From Kiritimatiella glycovorans (GTDB taxonomy: Bacteria; Verrucomicrobiota; Kiritimatiellia; Kiritimatiellales; Kiritimatiellaceae), in contig NZ_CP010904.1 in assembly GCF_001017655.1 (NCBI RefSeq), forward strand, positions 1,740,001 to 1,772,000: a stretch of DNA of 32,000 nt, in the 5' to 3' direction. Of this stretch, positions 23,545-32,000 are shown in pieces (position 1 is the first letter of the stretch; each line of letters starts with the position of its first letter). The notes below the pieces were generated by a model. That model was not told where the DNA came from. It did no database searches and was given only the letters and a program-made list of their open reading frames with translations. A program made the position numbers and the translations under genes.

Positions 23545-25818
23545 ATGAAACTCAAAAGACCGTTCCTTGTCTGGGGCCTTCTTATCATGGCCGCCGGCGC
23601 GATGGCGGCGGGCGGCGGACCCGACACCCCCACGAACGCGGTCGCCTTTCCGGAGACGCGGCTCGACCCCTTCACCTCTGACGGTCCGCGGGTCCGCGTG
23701 GAGGGTCACGGATCACAGCCGTTCCGGATCTATTTCGGGAACAATCAATTCGACAAGGACGAGATCATTCTCGAGGAGATGCACAAGGCCCGTGATGCCG
23801 GGGTGCGGGTGCTGTCGGTCAACGTGGGACTTCCCGAGGCGACCTCGCCGGAAAAGATCCGCGCGACGCTGGATTACTTTTTCGAACCCTTCCCCGAGGC
23901 CCTGATTCTTCTGCGTGTCTGGCTGGGACCCTCCGAGACCTGGCACAAAAAACATCCGGAGGAGCGGTTCACCTACGCCGACGGCAGCACGACGAAGATG
24001 GCCTCGCCCGCTTCAGAGGTCTGGCGGAAATACGCCCACCGGAATGTGCGGGAGCTGCTGGATATCATCGCCGACTCCCCGTATGCGGACCGCTTCATCG
24101 GGCTGATCCCGCTCTACTACCTGACCGGCGAGTGGCAGATGTGGCACCCGGAAAAGTCGGGCGGATACTCGGCGCCGATGACCCGCGCCTTCCGTGCGTG
24201 GGCGCGCGAAACCTACGGTTCGATCGGGAAGGTCAACAAGGTGTGGGGCACGGAGCTGGAGTCCTTCCGGGAGATCGAGGTGCCCTCGCGGGACGAGCGC
24301 TACGAGGGCGAATTCGGCATCTTCCGCAACCCGGCCACGCAGCAGAAGGTGATCGACTTCACCGTCTTTATGAACAATCTCATCCCGGACGTGATGGGCG
24401 AGATGGCGGCGACGATCAAAGACGCCACCGCGGAACGTTCGCTCGTCGGCTATTTTTTCGGGTATCTCTTCGAGCACGCCTGGACCGGGAACTGGCCGCA
24501 GCAGATCGGGCATCTCGGCACGAGCCGCCTGCTCGCCTGCCCGGACGTGGACTTTTTCGGCAGCGCCTATTCCTACAACATGTACAATCGGCGCTTCGGG
24601 TTCCCGATGGACGTCCACGGGCCGCGCAGCAGCGGCCCGCTGCACGGCAAGGCCGTCTTCCTGGAAGAGGACACCTTCACCCACCTGGCCGAAGAACCGG
24701 ACAAGAGCCTCGCGGCCCCCGGCTACCCCCAGCGCACGACCCACATGGAAGAGACCATGGCAGTACTCAAACGCAATATGGGGCTGATGATCGCCCAGAA
24801 TGAATTTCCGCACTGGCAGAACCTGCTCTCGGACGGGCGCTTCAATGACAAGCGCATCTGGAACTGGTACGACAAGGTCCACGACCTGATCGAACGCGCT
24901 TCGCTGAACCCCGCCTACGAGCCGTCCGTCGCGGTGGTGCTGGACGAGAAGAGTTACACATGGCAGCGCGTCCCCGCCCGCGCCGTGTACGGTCGCTGGG
25001 TGTATGAAACCCGCATGGCCCTCTCCCGGACGGATGCCGCCCTGGGATGGTACCTGCAGAGCGATCTCGACCGCATCCCGGAATCGGTGCGCTGCGTGAT
25101 CCTGCTCACGCCCTACCATCTCGATCCAGCCGAAAAAAACGCGCTGCGCCGACGCTGGATGAAGGATGGTCGGATGATCGTCTTCTGTTACCTGCCCGAC
25201 CTGTTCCGAGCCGGCAAGGCCCCTTCGCTGACGAAATTCACCGGGATCGGACTTGAGTTGCACAGGGACGAGATCGACCCGGAGTCCCGCCTGGTGCAGG
25301 GGACGCTGATGGAGGAAGGATACGACCCCCGGCTCGGGGAGGCGACCGACCTCTCCTACAACTGGAATGAACCCGGGGCGAAGCTGGGACCCGTGTCGCC
25401 GTGGTTGCACGTGGAGGACGAAGAGGCCGAGGTCTTCGCCCGTTATATTGATGAGGAGCTGCCCTCCTGTGCGATGAAGGAAATGGACGGCTGGACCTCG
25501 GTCTACCTCGGCACGTCGCGCCTCACGCCGCGCATCTGGCGCGAGCTTTTCCGGCGCGCGGGATGCCATCTCTATCTGGACGAGGTCTCCGACAAATGGA
25601 TGAAACCCGATTTCATCCAGGCCTCTCCGCCCTTCCTGATGGTGCAGTCTTTCCGGGGCGGCAGAAAGACCGTATACCTTCCGCACCGCGCCTCTGTGGT
25701 CGGCGAGTGGCGCGACGGGGAAACACGCGTGCTGGGCCGTGACACCGACCGGGTGGACCTCGATCTGCGACCCGGCCATCCGGCCTACATCCTCTGGCGC
25801 CGGGGCTCGATCCGATGA
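23545..25818 (+). CDS. Exported large protein, GH42-like/clan GH-A TIM-barrel glycosidase candidate (family uncertain)
   Basis: MKLKRPFLVWGLLIMAAGAMAAGG is a signal peptide. The blocks FRAWARETYGSIGKVNKVWGTELESFREIEVPS and GEWQMW / FLEEDTF resemble GH42/GH35-type beta-galactosidase-like proteins. An alternative ATG at 23458 (ATGA-coupled) was rejected because 23462-23544 is AT-rich and would bury the signal peptide. Confidence 0.45.
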   Translation: MKLKRPFLVWGLLIMAAGAMAAGGGPDTPTNAVAFPETRLDPFTSDGPRVRVEGHGSQPFRIYFGNNQFDKDEIILEEMHKARDAGVRVLSVNVGLPEATSPEKIRATLDYFFEPFPEALILLRVWLGPSETWHKKHPEERFTYADGSTTKMASPASEVWRKYAHRNVRELLDIIADSPYADRFIGLIPLYYLTGEWQMWHPEKSGGYSAPMTRAFRAWARETYGSIGKVNKVWGTELESFREIEVPSRDERYEGEFGIFRNPATQQKVIDFTVFMNNLIPDVMGEMAATIKDATAERSLVGYFFGYLFEHAWTGNWPQQIGHLGTSRLLACPDVDFFGSAYSYNMYNRRFGFPMDVHGPRSSGPLHGKAVFLEEDTFTHLAEEPDKSLAAPGYPQRTTHMEETMAVLKRNMGLMIAQNEFPHWQNLLSDGRFNDKRIWNWYDKVHDLIERASLNPAYEPSVAVVLDEKSYTWQRVPARAVYGRWVYETRMALSRTDAALGWYLQSDLDRIPESVRCVILLTPYHLDPAEKNALRRRWMKDGRMIVFCYLPDLFRAGKAPSLTKFTGIGLELHRDEIDPESRLVQGTLMEEGYDPRLGEATDLSYNWNEPGAKLGPVSPWLHVEDEEAEVFARYIDEELPSCAMKEMDGWTSVYLGTSRLTPRIWRELFRRAGCHLYLDEVSDKWMKPDFIQASPPFLMVQSFRGGRKTVYLPHRASVVGEWRDGETRVLGRDTDRVDLDLRPGHPAYILWRRGSIR

Positions 25819-27470
25819 GTGCGGCGACGGATCAAAACTCTGTCGCGGGGATTCCCGAATGGCTCCGCAGCGCGGTGATCTACGGGGTCTTTCCGCCGAG
25901 TTTCCGTGACGCCAACGGCGACGGGATCGGTGATCTCCCGGGGATCGTCGAGAAGCTCGACTACTTTACCGAACTCGGGGTCGATGTGCTGTGGCTCAAC
26001 CCGGTCTTCGATTCCCCCTTCGAAGACGGCGGGTACGACGTATCCGACTTCTACCGCGTGGCCCCGCGCTACGGAACGAACGAGGATCTCGAACGGCTGT
26101 TCGCCGAGGCCGGAAGACGCGGCATCCGGGTGCTGCTCGATTTCGTCGCCGGCCATACCTCAATCCGCCACCCCTGGTTTCAGCAGTCCGCCCGAGCCGA
26201 ACCCACCCCCTATTCCAACTGGTACATCTGGACGGATCACATCTTCGCCCCCTGCGGCGAGAAGTTCATCGGCGGGCTCTCGCCGCGCTCCGGCCGCTAT
26301 CACGCCAACTTCTTCTATTTCCAGCCCTCGCTCAACTATGGTTACGCGCATCCTCGCGAATCCTGGCAACTCCCCGTCGATCACCCCGACGTCCTCGCGA
26401 TGAAGGAGGAGATGCGCCGGGTGATGACCTTCTGGCTCGATAAGGGCGCGGCGGGATTCCGGGTCGACCTGGCCTCGACGCTGATCAAGGATGAAATGGG
26501 CGGCGAAGCCCTGAAAGAATACTGGCGGGACGTGCGTGAATGGATTGATCGCGCCTACCCGGACCGGGCGCTGGTCGCCGAGTGGTCTTCGCCCGAAGAC
26601 GCCATAGATGCCGGCTTTCATGTCGATTTCGCCCTGCACTGCAACGGCGACGCCTATAATTCGCTCTTCCGCATGGAGACGGGAACCAATGTCCTTCCCG
26701 GCGCGGGCAACAGTTATTTCCGTCGCGAAGGCAAGGGCGATATCACACCGTTCATGGAGTGGTTCGAAACACACGCGCGGGGGATGGGCGGTCGCGGATT
26801 TCTGTCGATTCCCTCGGGCAACCATGACCTGCCACGGCTTTCGTATCGCCGCAACCCCTCGGAACAGAAGGTCGCCCTCGCCTTTGTGCTCACCATGCCC
26901 GGCGTGCCCAGCCTCTATTACGGCGATGAAATCGGACTGCGCTACCAGCCCGATCTGCCGTCGAAGGAGGGCGCCTACCTGCGCACCGGTTCGCGCACCC
27001 CGATGCAGTGGGACCCGTCCCCTAACGCGGGATTCTCCACCGCCGACCCCGCGGATCTCTATCTCCCGATCGATCCCGCGTCCGATCGCCCCACGGTCGA
27101 GGGTCAGCGCGACGATCCGGACTCGATCTGGCGCCTGGTCCAGGCGCTGCTGAAGCTCCGCCGCGAACACCGCTGCCTGCGGGCCGATGGAGGATTCGCC
27201 CCGCTCTACGCCGAACCGCACGCCTACCCATTCGTCTTCGAGCGGACTGCGGAGCAGGAGCGGATGATCGTCGCCCTCAACCCCTCCGCCGAACCTGCCC
27301 GCGCCGGATTCACGTGGCCTGAGGACCGCGCCACCCCGACCGCCATCGAAATCGGAACCGCGCCGGAAATCTTCCGCGACGGACCGCGCCTCATACTCGA
27401 CCTGGCCCCCGTGAGTTTCTGTGTCCTGGAAGCACTTCCCCCTTCTCCCCGCTTGCATCCCCGCGCCTGA
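25815..27470 (+). CDS. GH13 alpha-amylase-family enzyme (alpha-glucosidase / oligo-1,6-glucosidase / sucrose-isomerase-like), cytoplasmic
   Basis: AVIYGVFPPSFRDANGDGIGDLPGIVEKLDYFTELGVDVLWLNPVFDSPFEDGGYDVSDFYRV is present. GH13 regions are LDFVAGHTS (I), AGFRVDLAS (II, nucleophile Asp), VAEWSS (III, Glu) and SGNHDLPR (IV). ATGA overlap with the upstream gene. Confidence 0.9.
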   Translation: MSAATDQNSVAGIPEWLRSAVIYGVFPPSFRDANGDGIGDLPGIVEKLDYFTELGVDVLWLNPVFDSPFEDGGYDVSDFYRVAPRYGTNEDLERLFAEAGRRGIRVLLDFVAGHTSIRHPWFQQSARAEPTPYSNWYIWTDHIFAPCGEKFIGGLSPRSGRYHANFFYFQPSLNYGYAHPRESWQLPVDHPDVLAMKEEMRRVMTFWLDKGAAGFRVDLASTLIKDEMGGEALKEYWRDVREWIDRAYPDRALVAEWSSPEDAIDAGFHVDFALHCNGDAYNSLFRMETGTNVLPGAGNSYFRREGKGDITPFMEWFETHARGMGGRGFLSIPSGNHDLPRLSYRRNPSEQKVALAFVLTMPGVPSLYYGDEIGLRYQPDLPSKEGAYLRTGSRTPMQWDPSPNAGFSTADPADLYLPIDPASDRPTVEGQRDDPDSIWRLVQALLKLRREHRCLRADGGFAPLYAEPHAYPFVFERTAEQERMIVALNPSAEPARAGFTWPEDRATPTAIEIGTAPEIFRDGPRLILDLAPVSFCVLEALPPSPRLHPRA

Positions 27471-27489
27471 ACGACGAAACTCTTCCCCC

Positions 27490-28251
27490 GTGAACATACT
27501 CCTCTGCAACGACGACGGCATTCACGCCCCGGGGCTGCGGCTGCTGCGCGACACGGCGCGGGAGTACGGCGAGGTCTCGGTGGTGGCGCCGGAATACGAG
27601 CGAAGTGCCGCCGGACATTCCATTACCCTCGCCGACCCCCTGCGCACGAAAGAGATTTATCACGGCGACGATTTCTTCGGCTGGGCGGTCAGCGGGACGC
27701 CGGCCGACTGCGTGAAGCTCGCCGTGTGCGCCCTGCTCGATGAACCCCCGGACATCGTCCTGAGCGGAGTCAATCTCGGCTCCAATACCGGCATCAGCGT
27801 CCTCTACTCAGGCACCGTCTCCGCCGCGACGGAGGGGGTCATTCTGGGTATTCCCGGCATCGCCTTCTCGCTCTGCACCTATGAAACGCCGCACTGGGAG
27901 ACGGCCGCCGGGGTCGTACGCCGGGTGCTGGACCGCTTCCTCCACAACGGGCTGCGTCCCGGCAGCCTGTTGAACGTCAACATCCCGAACCTGCCGCACG
28001 GTGAGCTGCGAGGCATGAAACCTGCGGGTATGGGTAAATCGCGATTCGTGGAGAAGTTTCACAAGCGCACCGATCCGCAGGGAAACACCTATTACTGGCT
28101 CGACGGCGAACTGGAGATTCTCGACCGGACCGACGACATCGACATCCGGGTCGTCGGCGAGGGCTACGTGGCGCTCACCCCGATTCACTTTGATCTCACC
28201 GACCGCGACTGGCTCGATCACCTCCGCGACGCGTCGGAGCACACGGAGTAA
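27490..28251 (+). CDS. surE: 5'/3'-nucleotidase SurE
   Basis: (V)[18 protein letters not shown]...[19 protein letters not shown]...GTPADCV...SGVNLGSN is the canonical SurE pattern. The GTG at 27490 is preferred because homologues start M.ILL.NDDG. The in-frame ATG at 27421 would overlap the GH13 gene by 50 nt. Confidence 0.88.
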   Translation: MNILLCNDDGIHAPGLRLLRDTAREYGEVSVVAPEYERSAAGHSITLADPLRTKEIYHGDDFFGWAVSGTPADCVKLAVCALLDEPPDIVLSGVNLGSNTGISVLYSGTVSAATEGVILGIPGIAFSLCTYETPHWETAAGVVRRVLDRFLHNGLRPGSLLNVNIPNLPHGELRGMKPAGMGKSRFVEKFHKRTDPQGNTYYWLDGELEILDRTDDIDIRVVGEGYVALTPIHFDLTDRDWLDHLRDASEHTE

Positions 28252-28265
28252 ACGGGAGCGCGAGA

Positions 28266-28742
28266 ATGGCCGAAGCCGACACCCTGCAGCCCGATATCGT
28301 GTACATGCGCATGGCGCTGCGGCAGGCGCAGCAGGCCGCCGATGAAGGTGAAGTGCCGGTGGGCGCGGTCATCGCACTCGACGGCGCCATCCTCGGCCGC
28401 GCCCGCAACCAGACCGAGACGCTGAAAGACCCCACGGCGCACGCGGAAATTCTCGCCATCACCCAGGCAGCCCAAGCGGTCGGCGACTGGCGCCTGAACG
28501 GCTGCACACTCTACGTGACCAAGGAACCCTGCCCCATGTGCGCGGGGGCCATCGTGCTGGCGAGAATTCCGACCGTAGTCTGGGGCGCCGACGATCCGAA
28601 ACGCGGCGGGGCGGTCTCGCAATTCACCATACTTCAGAGCACGGAACTGAACCACCGCCCCGAAATCCGGCAGGGCGTGATGGCGGATGAATGCCGGGCT
28701 GTGCTCCAGGTTTTTTTCCGGAAACGACGGGCACCGTCATGA
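28266..28742 (+). CDS. tadA: tRNA-specific adenosine deaminase TadA
   Basis: The CDA zinc motifs HAEILAI and PCPMCAGA are present. GEVPVGAVI... and [16 protein letters not shown] match the TadA pattern. Confidence 0.9.
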   Translation: MAEADTLQPDIVYMRMALRQAQQAADEGEVPVGAVIALDGAILGRARNQTETLKDPTAHAEILAITQAAQAVGDWRLNGCTLYVTKEPCPMCAGAIVLARIPTVVWGADDPKRGGAVSQFTILQSTELNHRPEIRQGVMADECRAVLQVFFRKRRAPS

Positions 28743-28812
28743 GTCTCTGAGGTGCCTGAAGCTCGATACCCAAGGGATGGCGTTTTTACAAGAGGACTTC
28801 CGCGGGGAACAC

Positions 28813-29493
28813 ATGCCCGGAACGCACTACAGGACGGAGCGGGCGCACGGGGGCTTCACGCTCATCGAACTGCTTGCGGTCATGCTGATTATGGCACTTC
28901 TGCTCACGGTCTCGCTCCCGGCGTTCAGGAACCTGGCCCGGGGGCGCGGCATCGACCGCGCGGCGCGCGAGGTGGCGAGCGCCGTGCACATGGCGCGCCA
29001 GCGGTGCGCGCTCGAGCAGAAGCACACCTTTCTCGTTTTTGCGGACAAAGACGTCGCCGAGGCGGCGGGGCGTCCCGATCTGGCCTACCGGGCCTATGCC
29101 CTCTTCGCCGGGTCCGAAGACCGTAACACGGCCGATGAACGGTTGACCTCGTGGCGCTTTCTTCCCGATCATACCGTATTCGATCCCCTGCATACGCCCA
29201 ACGATTCCAATCACGGGAATATCATGAACCTGTACCGGAACCTGGAGATCAACACCGAAGATCTGATGATCTCGAAAATGGGGATGCCCTCGCTCACCTA
29301 CGGGTCCAAGGCGAACATCCAGACCCTCAGGGATCACCCCTCTTACGGAAAGATCCGGATCTATATCGCCGAAGGCACGCCGGAAGAGATCGAACGCGGC
29401 AGCCTGCGCGAAGGCTTGCGGGCGATTATCGAAGTGGACGATTACGATACGAGCATCGCCACGGTGCACACGGAAGACTATGACCAGTACTGA
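28813..29493 (+). CDS. GspH/FimT-like minor pseudopilin (prepilin-type N-terminal domain)
   Basis: The G|FTLIELLAVMLIMALLLTVSLPAF prepilin cleavage/methylation motif is followed by GIDRAAREVASAVHMARQRCALEQKHTFLVF, typical of GspH-like proteins. The start is taken at ATG 28813; 28777 is possible. Confidence 0.6.
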   Translation: MPGTHYRTERAHGGFTLIELLAVMLIMALLLTVSLPAFRNLARGRGIDRAAREVASAVHMARQRCALEQKHTFLVFADKDVAEAAGRPDLAYRAYALFAGSEDRNTADERLTSWRFLPDHTVFDPLHTPNDSNHGNIMNLYRNLEINTEDLMISKMGMPSLTYGSKANIQTLRDHPSYGKIRIYIAEGTPEEIERGSLREGLRAIIEVDDYDTSIATVHTEDYDQY

Positions 29494-30031
29494 TCAGGGG
29501 CACGCAAACCGTTTCCGGAAGCAGGGGAAAAGAAGCGGGTTCTCGCTTCTGGAGCTCGTGCTCGCGATCGGCATCCTCTCGTTCGGACTCCTCGCGCTGT
29601 TCGGGGTTTTCCCCTCCGGCCTGGACGCCGTGCGCAAGAGCACGGAGGAGACGGAAATCCACCTGTTCGCTTCAAGCGTGCTGGAAGCCTGCAAAGGAAC
29701 ACTCGCCGCCGCACCGCGGGATGCCTGGGACCTCCCCGCGACCGTCCCTGTCGATGCGGCCGACAACAGCCCGTGGGAACCCGCAGCGGTGACGGTCAGC
29801 TCTGACCCGGACTGGGAGGGTCATCTTTCGAAGATCACCTTCAAAGACATCGCCGGCGACGAAATCCATTACTACTACCACCTCTACGTGGACGACCTGA
29901 ACGCGCGCCATAAGCGCATCGCGCTGCGCGCATGGCGGTCCGCGGCGGCCCCGCAGACCGAGGAGGGATCGGTCTTCTTGTACACCGAGGCGTACCACAC
30001 CATGGAATTCAGGCTCTATCCGTACCGATGA
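29480..30031 (+). CDS. GspI-like/short pseudopilin (prepilin-type N-terminal domain)
   Basis: KRSG|FSLLELVLAIGILSFGLLALFGVFPSGL is the N-terminal motif. The gene overlaps the upstream gene by 14 nt and its stop overlaps the next ATG (ATGA). Confidence 0.55.
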   Translation: MTSTDQGHANRFRKQGKRSGFSLLELVLAIGILSFGLLALFGVFPSGLDAVRKSTEETEIHLFASSVLEACKGTLAAAPRDAWDLPATVPVDAADNSPWEPAAVTVSSDPDWEGHLSKITFKDIAGDEIHYYYHLYVDDLNARHKRIALRAWRSAAAPQTEEGSVFLYTEAYHTMEFRLYPYR

Positions 30032-30963
30032 ATGTCTGTGCCCACGAAAGAGAACGGTTCCCGGGCGGCGGGAAGGCCTTCACGCTCGTGGAGATGCTGC
30101 TGGCCACGGCCATACTCTCGATTCTGCTGATGGCCCTGGTCTCCCTCTATCTGCAGACCACCGGGACGGCCGACCGCGCCCGTGCGCGGATAAAGCTGGC
30201 GGTCCAGGTCAACAAGACTTTCGACCGAATGCAGGAGCATTTTTCCACCTGCATCCGGGACTGCCCGATGGGGCTGGACACACCCGGCGAGAGCGTCGCC
30301 CATCTCGGAGACTATGCCGGCACGGAGTTCGCGTTTGTATGCCTCAACGGCACGGTCGACCCGCCGGCTTCCCGACTCGCGAGTTCCCAGTTCTATTACA
30401 TCGACCATCAGACGGACATGGCGGGTCGTGAAGACCCGACCCGCTTCGCGCTCTACCTGCAGAATCAGAGCCGCGCCCGGACCAACCGGGCCTTCGGCGT
30501 GCGGCACAAACCGATGTCCGGTTTTCTCGACCGGCGGCGCCGCGACGCCTCCGGGTCGAACGCGGGATGGCAGAGCGCGCAGCCGCTGCTGCCCAACGTC
30601 GTCAGCATGTACGTCTACGTATACCGCTATCGGCCCGACGGCACTCTGGAAAACATCACGCCGGGGATGGACGGCAACCCGGACCCCCCGAAACAGTGGA
30701 CTCCCTGGCCGACCGATATCCCCCCTCCGGAGGACGACCCCGGGATCCAGGCCACCTCGATCGAAGACATGCCCGACGCCGTCGCCGTCGAACTCGGGGT
30801 GCTCACGCCCGAGGACGCCGACGCCCTGGCCCGCCGTATCGAATTCGGCGAAAGCGTCTCGCAGGTCATGGCGGACGATGAAGACAACATTTCGTGCCGC
30901 ACCTTCCGGAGGCTGTTCGTCTTCAACCGGAGCCCCCGCACCCATCTGCAGTCGGAGAAGTAA
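30028..30963 (+). CDS. GspJ-like pseudopilin (prepilin-type N-terminal domain), highly divergent
   Basis: GGGKAFTLVEMLLATAILSILLMALVSLY is the N-terminus. The start at 30028 is ATGA-coupled. The size and position after an I-like gene fit GspJ, but the body has no motif I recognise. Confidence 0.45.
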   Translation: MNVCAHERERFPGGGKAFTLVEMLLATAILSILLMALVSLYLQTTGTADRARARIKLAVQVNKTFDRMQEHFSTCIRDCPMGLDTPGESVAHLGDYAGTEFAFVCLNGTVDPPASRLASSQFYYIDHQTDMAGREDPTRFALYLQNQSRARTNRAFGVRHKPMSGFLDRRRRDASGSNAGWQSAQPLLPNVVSMYVYVYRYRPDGTLENITPGMDGNPDPPKQWTPWPTDIPPPEDDPGIQATSIEDMPDAVAVELGVLTPEDADALARRIEFGESVSQVMADDEDNISCRTFRRLFVFNRSPRTHLQSEK

Positions 30964-30965
30964 TC

Positions 30966-32000
30966 ATGCGCACGTCTCAGGCATACGGAAACCGCGAACC
31001 GCGAGCGGGCATTGCGCTGATCGCCGTCATCGGCGTGCTTTCCGTGCTCATGTTGCTCGCCGTGTCTTTCGCGGCTTACATACGGACGGAACGCCTCATC
31101 TCACACGGCCATATCAACGACGGCAAGGCCGTGCAGCTCATGGATGCAGCCATCGCGCGAACCGCGGATTATCTATACGAGTACATGAACGAGGAGGTCG
31201 ACGGAAAGAAACGGCTCTGCACGGAGAGAGACGGCGACCGCCCCGTCGTTCTGCGCAGCGGCACGGGAGTCGACGTCCACATGTACGGAAGCAGCATCCA
31301 CGCCACGGCCCATCGATACGTCCCGCTGAATTTCACGGACCACCCCGACGACGGCGCCGGCTGGGAACCGATCCGCTACGGGGGCAGGCTGATCGGACGT
31401 TACGCGTTTCTGGCCTATGACTGCTCGGGTAAAATCGACATCTCGCACGCGGGAGGATACGACCCCGCGAGCGGAATGCGCGCCCGTTCCAACGCGGCCT
31501 CCGCCGCCGAACTGCAGCTCAGCGCGTCCGTGATCGCGGATATCGACGATGCCGAGGCCTATCTCAGCGACCGGCGGCAGTATCTGCGCCGATTCGAATC
31601 ACCGCTCGAAACCATCATCCCGACGGGCACCGTTTCCCGCGCCGGGGACGAACTGAACTGCCGCCGCGGCCGCGCCCGCGATCTCTATCACTTTTCTTTC
31701 TACCCCGCCTGGCGGCCCGGTTCCGACTCGCCCCGATTCGACCTCGGCAAACCGCTCGAGGCCTCCGGGGCCGACGCGGTCGCGGCGATATTTCAACACC
31801 TGGAAGACGAGGATCTGCTTGATTTCGGCGGCTGCACGTTCGGGGGCGAAGAGAGGGCCTTTACGGCCCGCGACATGGCGCGCAATCTGAGGGATTATGT
31901 CGATGCGGACCGGATCCCGGGCGACCTCGCGTCCTTCTGCACGGAATCGGTGCCCATGGCCGGCGAACTCATGGTCAGCAACAGCGTGGAAAAAGCGGGC
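30966..32000 (+). CDS. GspK-like pseudopilin, 5' partial (runs off the window)
   Basis: This ORF is absent from the ORF track. I translated it by hand: ATG at 30966, no stop to nt 32000. MRTSQAYGNREPRAGIALIAVIGVLSVLMLLAVSFAAYIRTE has a GspK-style N-terminus lacking Glu+5. It starts 2 nt after the J-like stop. Confidence 0.5.
   Translation, partial: MRTSQAYGNREPRAGIALIAVIGVLSVLMLLAVSFAAYIRTERLISHGHINDGKAVQLMDAAIARTADYLYEYMNEEVDGKKRLCTERDGDRPVVLRSGTGVDVHMYGSSIHATAHRYVPLNFTDHPDDGAGWEPIRYGGRLIGRYAFLAYDCSGKIDISHAGGYDPASGMRARSNAASAAELQLSASVIADIDDAEAYLSDRRQYLRRFESPLETIIPTGTVSRAGDELNCRRGRARDLYHFSFYPAWRPGSDSPRFDLGKPLEASGADAVAAIFQHLEDEDLLDFGGCTFGGEERAFTARDMARNLRDYVDADRIPGDLASFCTESVPMAGELMVSNSVEKAG

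Noticed and set aside
24013-27521. Long - strand ORFs (24013..25779, 26160..27521); similar cases at 10325..11458, 11787..12845, 12873..13814, 18964..20112 and the out-of-frame + ORF 10132..11556
   Set aside because: All overlap + strand genes with strong family signatures (GH13, GH65, sulfatases). They have Arg/Pro-rich composition typical of off-frame translation of GC-rich coding DNA.

Overview
High-GC bacterial chromosomal segment. The density of S1 sulfatases and of prepilin-type (DUF1559/pseudopilin-like) N-termini suggests the PVC superphylum (Kiritimatiellota, Verrucomicrobiota or Planctomycetota-like); this is inference only. Most of the window is a long, mostly + strand sulfated-glycan utilisation island. 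It holds six formylglycine-type sulfatases: five Cys-type with twin-arginine leaders, and one Ser-type with a Sec-like leader. Two of them resemble iduronate-2-sulfatase and N-sulfoglucosamine sulfohydrolase. The island also encodes a GH78-like rhamnosidase-family protein, a GH65 enzyme, a GH13 alpha-glucosidase-like enzyme, an exported GH42-like TIM-barrel candidate, a CBM-like/SGNH esterase and a XylR-type (sugar-binding + AraC HTH) regulator. No transporter and no sulfatase-maturating enzyme is visible. Three things interrupt the island: (i) an AT-richer islet with a DUF433/DUF5615 (PIN-like) toxin-antitoxin pair and GC-rich hairpin repeats; (ii) a complete ~1.95 kb group II intron with an RT/maturase ORF, lying antisense in the xylR-like/GH65 intergenic region; (iii) a frameshifted prepilin-like gene translationally coupled to a sulfatase. 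The 3' end carries surE, tadA and a divergent GspH/I/J/K-like minor-pseudopilin operon that runs off the window. The most unusual non-coding signal is a family of short repeated boxes: an ATCCGT core, a 16-mer and a 12-mer. These boxes sit flush against both predicted intron splice sites and recur in two other promoter-proximal regions, which points to a repeated regulatory or homing-site module. I found no obviously novel multi-gene system such as a defence system. All family calls come from motif recognition by eye, not from database searches.
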